The notes under the pieces were generated by a model. It was given only the letters and a program-made list of their open reading frames with translations. It ran no database searches and was not told the DNA's origin. The position numbers and the translations under genes were made by a program. From Pedosphaera sp. (GTDB taxonomy: Bacteria > Verrucomicrobiota > Verrucomicrobiia > Limisphaerales > SIBH01): DNA of 64,000 bases. Of the stretch, positions 57,765 to 64,000 are shown piece by piece. The stretch lies in assembly GCA_031414955.1 (NCBI GenBank), contig JANOQV010000056.1:57049-121048 (forward strand), given 5' to 3'. Each line of letters begins with the position of its first letter. The stretch's first letter is position 1.

Positions 57765-58940
57765 ATGAAGATTAAGACCATCGCAGGATTGGCGCTGAGC
57801 CTGGCGGCTTGCTTCGCGGCGGAGTTGCCCGAGCCTAAGTTCCGCGCCGTGACCATCGACGACAAAATCCAGATCGGCTACGGCGTGGCCACCGCCGACG
57901 TGGACGGCGACGGCAAGACCGACATCGTGCTGGCGGATGCCAAGCAGTTCGTCTGGTACCGCAACCCGACCTGGGAGAAGTTCATTCTGGCCGAGAATCT
58001 GACCAAGCAGGACAACGTGTGCATCGCCGCGCACGACATCGACGGCGACGGCAAAGCGGAGATCGCCGTGGGAGGCGGCTGGAACCCGAACGACACTCTG
58101 ACCAGCGGCGCGGTCTTCTACCTGGTCGCGCCCAAGGACCGCACGCAGAAATGGGAAGCCATCGCGCTGCCGCATGTGCCGACCATTCACCGGATGCGGT
58201 GGATTGAATCACCGAAGGGCGGGTTCGAGTTGCTCTCCGTTCCACTGCACGGCTACGGCAACAAGAACGGCGAGGGCGAAGGTGTGAACATCATGACGTA
58301 TCGCAAGCCTGCTGATCCTCGGCAGCCGTGGGAGACGAACACGTTGGTGAAGCAGTGGCATAAGACGCACAACTTCGATGCGGATGCCAATATGATTTGG
58401 ATTGCCGCGAAGGAGGGTATCTTCGGCCTCACTCGTCTCGGTGGCGTTAGCATCCCCCCGGAACGACACAACGAAATGAAGATCGCCGAGAACCAAGTGG
58501 GCGGGATGGGCGAAGTGCGCGCGGGGCGAATGAACCGGAAGGTGTCCTTCTTTTCGGCCATTGAACCGATGCATGGAACAAACGTCGCCCTTTTTACTCC
58601 ATCTGCTGACGGCCCGACCCATTTCTACAACCGCCGAGTGCTCGACTCATCGCTCGCCGATGGCCATGCGCTGGGTTGCGGCGATCTGCTCGGACTCGGG
58701 CGCGATCAAATCATCGCCGGCTGGCGCGCGATGGGGAGCAAGGCCAAGGTCGGCATCAAGCTCTACACGCCGCTGGCGAACGACTTGAAGGAATGGCGCA
58801 CCACGCTCGTGGACGACAACGGCATGGCCTGTGAAGACCTGTGCCTGGCCGACGTGAACGGCGACGGCAAGCTGGACATCATCGCCGCCGGCCGCGCCAC
58901 GAAGAACGTGAAGATTTATTTCAACGAGTCGCGGCGCTGA
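57765..58940 (+). CDS. Exported FG-GAP/VCBS-repeat beta-propeller protein
   Basis: Signal peptide; ADVDGDGKTDI, DIDGDGKAEI, DVNGDGKLDI repeats. Confidence 0.85.
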   Translation: MKIKTIAGLALSLAACFAAELPEPKFRAVTIDDKIQIGYGVATADVDGDGKTDIVLADAKQFVWYRNPTWEKFILAENLTKQDNVCIAAHDIDGDGKAEIAVGGGWNPNDTLTSGAVFYLVAPKDRTQKWEAIALPHVPTIHRMRWIESPKGGFELLSVPLHGYGNKNGEGEGVNIMTYRKPADPRQPWETNTLVKQWHKTHNFDADANMIWIAAKEGIFGLTRLGGVSIPPERHNEMKIAENQVGGMGEVRAGRMNRKVSFFSAIEPMHGTNVALFTPSADGPTHFYNRRVLDSSLADGHALGCGDLLGLGRDQIIAGWRAMGSKAKVGIKLYTPLANDLKEWRTTLVDDNGMACEDLCLADVNGDGKLDIIAAGRATKNVKIYFNESRR

Positions 58941-58964
58941 GCGGGCGGCGATCGCTCATGCTCC

Positions 58965-59162
58965 AGCCGCAGCGCGGCGTCAGAGAGTAGCCCACGGCGC
59001 AAGCCATGGGTCCGCGAACGGAAAACAACCAGCCCCATCGGGGCGAAAGAAAAAATCTCCAACCAGCCGGGCTTCTGTCGCCCCGCTGGAGCTGAAATCC
59101 TCCTGCCACGCACATCCCACGGCTGACGCCGTGGGCTACTTTCTGCCGCGCCTCCGGCGCTC
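58965..59162. repeat. Composite ~200 bp palindromic REP/MITE-like element between convergent genes
   Basis: Outer arms cagagagtagcccacggcgcaagccatggg / cccacggctgacgccgtgggctactttctg; inner arms agccccatcggggcgaaagaa / ttctgtcgccccgctggagct. Confidence 0.8.
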
Positions 59163-59167
59163 CTGCC

Positions 59168-60433
59168 TCACTTCACCAGCCGGTACCAATTATCGCGCTG
59201 ATGCGGCTCGTAGCCGAGGTCCGTGATGAGCCGTTGCATATCGGCGGTACCCATGCGGAAGGTGGTGCCCGCCGCGCTGACCACGTTTTCCTCGATCATG
59301 ATGCTGCCCAGATCGTTCGCGCCGTATTTGAGTGCAATCTGCCCGATGTCCAGGCCCTGTGTGACCCACGAGCTTTGCACGCTAGGAATGTTGTCGAGGT
59401 AGATGCGGCTCACCGCCTGGGTGCGCAAATACTCGTGCGCGCCCACGGTGGGAGCCTTGAGCACGGCGTTCTCGGGCTGGAAGGTCCAGCAGATGAAAGC
59501 GGTGAAGGCGCCGCCGTTGATCGCGCCGGATTCGACGGCCTGGGCGAAGGCGGCGGCGCGCTCAATGGGCGATTGACCATCGGCTATCGGCGATTCACCT
59601 GCACCTTCCCACCCCTCACCCCGGCCCTCTCCCCGTTGAGGGGAGAGGGAGACGGAAGCGCCGGTTCCAATCCGCAATCTCCCCAGCGACTTGTCCTGTT
59701 GCTGGCGCACGAACTCCAGATGCTCGATGCGTTCCGCCACCGTCTCCACATGGCCGAACATCATGGTGATGCTGGTGGCCAAACCGAGCCGGTGCGCGAT
59801 GTCCATCACGCCCATCCATTGCTCCGAGTTCGCCTTGAGGGGGGCAATGCGGTTGCGCACGCGCTCCACGAGAATTTCCCCGCCACCACCCGGCAGCGAC
59901 CCGAGTCCGGCCGCCACGAAGTCCTTGAGAATCTGTTCCACCGGCTCGTTGAAGAATTCCGAGAACGCCACCATCTCGCTCGGGCTGAAGCCGTGGACAT
60001 TCACCTGCGGATACTTGGCCCGGATATGCGCGAGCAGATCGAGATACCTCTGCTTGGTCAACTTGGGGTGATGCCCGCCCTGCATGAGAATCTGCGTGCC
60101 GCCGAGCGCGAGCGTCTCCTCGATCTTGCGGTCCATCTCCTCCAGCGAAATGACGTAGGAGTCCGCGTCCTTCTCCGTGCGGTAGAAAGCGCAGAACTTG
60201 CAATACACGTTGCAGACGTTGGTGTAGTTGATGTTGCGATCCACGATGTAAGTCACCACGTCGTTGCCGCGTCCGCCATGAGCGGCGGCGCGGTGCAACT
60301 GGCGGCGGCGGTCGGCCAGCGCCCCCAGTTCCTCCAGCGGAAGATGGAACAGGCGCAGGGCCTCGGACTGTTCGACACGACCGCCATCCCAGACCTTCTG
60401 GAGCAGCGCGTCGAGAGATGCGTCATGAATCAT
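59168..60433 (-). CDS. mqnC: Cyclic dehypoxanthine futalosine synthase (radical SAM) with internal insertion
   Basis: DRNINYTNVCNVYCKFCAF, MQGGHHP, SLPGGGGEIL, TMMFGHVET, QSSWVTQG, GANDLGSIMIEENVV. Confidence 0.92.
   Translation of the reverse strand: MIHDASLDALLQKVWDGGRVEQSEALRLFHLPLEELGALADRRRQLHRAAAHGGRGNDVVTYIVDRNINYTNVCNVYCKFCAFYRTEKDADSYVISLEEMDRKIEETLALGGTQILMQGGHHPKLTKQRYLDLLAHIRAKYPQVNVHGFSPSEMVAFSEFFNEPVEQILKDFVAAGLGSLPGGGGEILVERVRNRIAPLKANSEQWMGVMDIAHRLGLATSITMMFGHVETVAERIEHLEFVRQQQDKSLGRLRIGTGASVSLSPQRGEGRGEGWEGAGESPIADGQSPIERAAAFAQAVESGAINGGAFTAFICWTFQPENAVLKAPTVGAHEYLRTQAVSRIYLDNIPSVQSSWVTQGLDIGQIALKYGANDLGSIMIEENVVSAAGTTFRMGTADMQRLITDLGYEPHQRDNWYRLVK
59612..59650. repeat. Palindromic repeat inside mqnC
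   Basis: cccctcaccccgg ccctctcccc-gttga-ggggagaggg; perfect 10-bp stem. Confidence 0.85.
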
Positions 60434-60528
60434 CGCGCCGCCACTGTAAGGGAGTCGCGGAGGCAGACAAGCGCAGGCCGGTCGTTGGGCTGGGCTGATG
60501 CATCTAAATCCATCGAAGCAGCGGAGTG

Positions 60529-60660
60529 GAAATCCCAAGCACCAAACACCAAGCACCAGAGAAGATCCAAAGTCCAAGCTCCAACGGGCGGCGGGACGTG
60601 AGTTGGAACAGACGCCTCCACCGTCCGAGGGAAGTGGGATGTTTTGGAGCTTGGGATTTC
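60529..60660. repeat. Inverted heptamer arrays (CCAAGCA-like) in the mqnC-hrpA intergenic region
   Basis: aaatcccaagcaccaaacaccaagcacca..ccaaagtccaagctccaa and complementary tttggagcttgggattt. Confidence 0.7.
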
Positions 60661-60760
60661 CGCCCCGCTGCTGCCGTTGATTTAGATGCGTCGGCCCTGA
60701 AGGATTCCAGTTCTCATCTTTCGCTTCCCCACTTCTCCCGCTACCGTCGCGCGCTCTCGC

Positions 60761-63700
60761 ATGGCTGATGAACGGATCGAAGAACTGAAGACGCTCCTGC
60801 CGCAATGCCTGCTGCACGACTGGGTGCGGCTCGGCTCGCGGCTCGTGCGGTTGCTCAAGGATCGTCATCATCCCGACAAGCACGAAGCACTGCTCCGGCG
60901 CATCCTCGACGAGGTGCGCGCCTCCATCGCCTTGCGCGAAGCCCGGCGGATCAACGTCCCGCACGTCACTTATCCGCCGGACCTGCCGATCACGGCGCGC
61001 AAGGACGAGATCGTTGCCGCCATTCGCGAGCACCAGGTCGTCGTCATCGCGGGCGAGACCGGCTCGGGCAAGACCACCCAGATTCCCAAGATGTGCCTGG
61101 AAGCCGGGCTTGGCATCGGCGCGATGATCGGCTGCACCCAGCCACGCCGCGTGGCCGCGCTCTCCATCTCACAGCGCATCGCGGAGGAATTGAACGTGAC
61201 CTGGGGTCGCGAGGTCGGCTGCAAGATCCGCTTCGACGATCGTTCCGGCGCGCACACCTACATCAAGTTGATGACGGACGGCATCCTGCTCGCGGAAACG
61301 CAAGGCGACCCGACGCTCGCCGAGTACAACGCGCTCATCCTCGACGAAGCCCACGAGCGTTCGCTGAACATTGATTTTCTCCTAGGCTACTTGAAGGGCC
61401 TGCTCGTGCGCCGCCAGGATCTCAAGCTTATCGTCACCTCGGCCACCATCGACACGCAGGCGTTCTCGCGGCACTTCAACGACGCGCCCATCATCGAAGT
61501 GTCCGGGCGGCTGTATCCCGTCGAGGTCGTTTACCAGCCGCTCAATGCCGACTCCGAAGAGCGCGGCGACATCAGCTACGTCGATGCCGCCGTGGAGGCG
61601 ACCGAGCGCATCCTGTTCGAGACGAACTTCGGTGACGTGCTCATCTTCATGCCGGGCGAGCGCGACATCCGCGAGACGAGCGATCAGCTTGAAGGCCGCT
61701 TCTCGGGAGAGGCGGAAGTCATTCCGCTCTTCGGCCGCTTGAGCGCGGGCGATCAACAACGCGTCTTCTCCAGCTCGCCACGCCGCAAAATTATCATTGC
61801 CACCAACATCGCCGAAACGTCGCTCACGATTCCCGGCATCCGCTACGTCATCGATGCCGGGCTGGCGCGCATCAGCCGCTACAATCCGCGCACCCGCACC
61901 CGGCGCTTGCCCGTTGAAGCCGTCTCGCAGAGCAGCGCCAACCAGCGCAAGGGCCGCGCCGGCCGCATCGAGGCGGGCATCTGCATCCGGCTTTACTCCG
62001 AGGAGGATTTCAACGCGCGCCCGCCGTTTACCCAGCCGGAAATTCAGCGCGCGAATCTGGCGGAGGTCATCCTGCGCATGAAGGCGTTTGGCCTCGGCGA
62101 CGTGGAAACATTTCCTTTCGTTCAGCCGCCCGCGCCCGCGTCCATCAGCCACGGCTTCGCGCTGCTGCAAGAACTCGGCGCGCTCGACGAGCAGCGCGAA
62201 CTCACTCCGCTCGGTCGCGATCTGGCGCGTCTGCCGATTGACCCGACGATTGGCCGGATGCTCCTTCAGTCGAAGCACGAACACGCAACCAAGGAGATGC
62301 TCGTCATCGCCGCCGGCCTGAGCATCCAGGATCCGCGCGACCGTCCGCTCGACCAGAAGGAAGCCGCCGCCGCCGCGCACAAGAGGTTCAACGCTCCCAA
62401 ATCGGACTTCCTCGCCCTGCTCAACATCTGGAACGCCGTCCACGATCAGTGGGACCAGCTCCGCACTCAAAACGCACGCCGGAAGTTTTGCCGGCAGCAC
62501 TTCCTCTCCTATCTGCGGATGCGCGAGTGGCAGGATCTCTACACGCAACTGCACGACGCGCTGGACAACCTTGGCACCTTGAAGCTCAACGAGAGCAACG
62601 CCGCCTACGACGCCATCCACCGCTCGATCCTCGCTGGGCTGACCGGCCACGTCGCCCGGCGCGAGGAGCGCAACAGCTACCAGGCGGCGGGAAACAAGCT
62701 GCTCAATGTCTTCCCCGGCTCGGCGCTCTTTGAACGCGGTGAACCGCCGCGGAAGCCGGCGGCCAGGAATGCCCCGGCCGCGCCCAAGCCGCGCTCCAGC
62801 CAGCCGCAGTGGATCGTGGCCGGCGAAATCGTCGAGACCTCGCAGCTCTTTGCCCGCACTTTGGCGGGGATTGATCCGCAGTGGATTTTCCAACTCGCGC
62901 CGCACTGCTGCAAAGTCACGCATCAGACGCCGCACTGGAGCGCCAGCGCCGGGCGCGTGCTGGCCGAGGAAATCATCACCTTGCAAGGAATGGAAGTGCA
63001 GCGCCGCAAGGTGGCCTACGGCAACATCAACCCCACGGACGCCACGGCCATCTTCATCCGCTCGGCGTTGGTGGAGGACAATCTGGAACCGAAAAACGTG
63101 CCGCGAGGGATGCGCGCAACCTCCGCGCTGGAAGCCGAGGCAGCCGATGAGACCGAGGAGGTTTCGTCATCCCCCCGCAGCGCGAATTCGGCCTTTCGCT
63201 TTTTGACCCACAACCGCGCGGTGCGGCAGAAGATCGAAAACTGGCAGACCCGGGTCCGCCGCTACGACTTCGCGGATTTGGATCAGGCGCTCTTCGATTT
63301 TTACGCGAAGCATCTGGAAAATGTTTCCTCCACGCACGACTTGAACCGCGTGCTCCGCGAACAGACCGATCCCAACTTCCTCTGCATCCACGAGGCGGAT
63401 CTCGCGGGTGGCCCGGTCTCAAGCTACGACACCGAGGCGTTCCCCGACGCGCTGCCGGTGGGCGGCCAACCGGTCGCGCTCGCCTACGCCTACGCGCCCG
63501 GCGAGGACCACGACGGCGTCACCATCCGGCTTCCCTTCAGCCTGGCGCATTCCGCCTCCGCCTCGCTGCTCGAATGGGCCGTGCCCGGTTTGCGCGAGGA
63601 GAAAATCAGCACGCTGCTGCGCGCGTTGCCCAAGGCGATTCGCCGCGACCTCATGCCCTTCCCGCCCAAGGTCGTGGAGATTGTGCGCGACTTTAAGCCC

Positions 63701-64000
63701 GCCGGCGCTTCGTTTCTCGCGGATCTCGGACGCTTCCTCCACGAGCGTTACGGCGTCGAGGTGCCTGCGTCCGCGTGGCCAGCTGACGCCATCCCCGCTC
63801 ATCTGCGCCCGCGCATTGAGATCTTCAGTCATGATCACAAGACGCTCGGCACCGGTCGGGATCTCGACCAACTCCGCCGCGGTCTGGCGCAAGTGAAGGC
63901 CGAACCCACGAAGGAACCCGCCGCCTGGCAACGCGTCGCCCAGCAGTGGGAACGCTTCAACCTTCGCGCGTGGACCTGCGGCGACTTGCCCGAGCGCGTC
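60761..64000 (+). CDS. hrpA: ATP-dependent RNA helicase HrpA (3' end outside window)
   Basis: Read from ATG 60761: YPPDLPI, GETGSGKTTQIPK, TQPRR, MTDGILL, DEAHERSLN, SAT, ATNIAETSLTIPGI, QRKGRAGR; absent from the ORF track, consistent with no stop in the window. Confidence 0.95.
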   Translation, partial: MADERIEELKTLLPQCLLHDWVRLGSRLVRLLKDRHHPDKHEALLRRILDEVRASIALREARRINVPHVTYPPDLPITARKDEIVAAIREHQVVVIAGETGSGKTTQIPKMCLEAGLGIGAMIGCTQPRRVAALSISQRIAEELNVTWGREVGCKIRFDDRSGAHTYIKLMTDGILLAETQGDPTLAEYNALILDEAHERSLNIDFLLGYLKGLLVRRQDLKLIVTSATIDTQAFSRHFNDAPIIEVSGRLYPVEVVYQPLNADSEERGDISYVDAAVEATERILFETNFGDVLIFMPGERDIRETSDQLEGRFSGEAEVIPLFGRLSAGDQQRVFSSSPRRKIIIATNIAETSLTIPGIRYVIDAGLARISRYNPRTRTRRLPVEAVSQSSANQRKGRAGRIEAGICIRLYSEEDFNARPPFTQPEIQRANLAEVILRMKAFGLGDVETFPFVQPPAPASISHGFALLQELGALDEQRELTPLGRDLARLPIDPTIGRMLLQSKHEHATKEMLVIAAGLSIQDPRDRPLDQKEAAAAAHKRFNAPKSDFLALLNIWNAVHDQWDQLRTQNARRKFCRQHFLSYLRMREWQDLYTQLHDALDNLGTLKLNESNAAYDAIHRSILAGLTGHVARREERNSYQAAGNKLLNVFPGSALFERGEPPRKPAARNAPAAPKPRSSQPQWIVAGEIVETSQLFARTLAGIDPQWIFQLAPHCCKVTHQTPHWSASAGRVLAEEIITLQGMEVQRRKVAYGNINPTDATAIFIRSALVEDNLEPKNVPRGMRATSALEAEAADETEEVSSSPRSANSAFRFLTHNRAVRQKIENWQTRVRRYDFADLDQALFDFYAKHLENVSSTHDLNRVLREQTDPNFLCIHEADLAGGPVSSYDTEAFPDALPVGGQPVALAYAYAPGEDHDGVTIRLPFSLAHSASASLLEWAVPGLREEKISTLLRALPKAIRRDLMPFPPKVVEIVRDFKPAGASFLADLGRFLHERYGVEVPASAWPADAIPAHLRPRIEIFSHDHKTLGTGRDLDQLRRGLAQVKAEPTKEPAAWQRVAQQWERFNLRAWTCGDLPERV

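Noticed and set aside
61382..62986. 534-aa minus-strand ORF
   Set aside because: Antisense to hrpA
1..64000. CRISPR array, tRNA/rRNA genes, intact integrase or transposase, known defence systems
   Set aside because: No repeat-spacer periodicity or diagnostic motifs seen by eye; small RNAs could be missed without covariance searches

Overview
GC-rich bacterial DNA. Protein styles (Zn-ribbon Ser/Thr kinase with ECF sigma, Tat-exported Gfo/Idh/MocA protein, PQQ-type propellers, SET protein, futalosine-pathway MqnC, YxxQxSxNL..W..RFxR modules) suggest Verrucomicrobiota; this is inference. The backbone carries a cyclophilin fusion with carbamoyl- and methyltransferase, argH, a phosphate cluster (porin-pstSCAB-phoU, DUF47-PiT), a heavy-metal-type RND pump, fabG-acpP-fabF, thymidine phosphorylase, mqnC and a 3'-truncated hrpA. 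Two ~10 kb accessory segments without an integrase are each bounded by duplicated gene 3' ends. (1) 4819-15150 is flanked by a ~210 bp yjbQ 3'-end repeat. It encodes an ECF sigma factor, a membrane Ser/Thr kinase and three unrelated secreted proteins, each preceded by the same TGTAAC-N16-CGTT ECF-type promoter. (2) ~34200-44582 is flanked by a duplicated pit/RND junction. It encodes TspO, a histidine kinase and a sigma54 activator, plus three sigma54 promoters sharing TGGCAC-N3-GGCAGCTA in front of terC-VTC-ion channel pseudogene, a receiver-only regulator and a frameshifted HPF gene. Palindromic REP-like elements occur between genes and in frame inside mqnC and probably a DUF922 gene. No rRNA, tRNA, CRISPR array or intact transposase/integrase was recognised.
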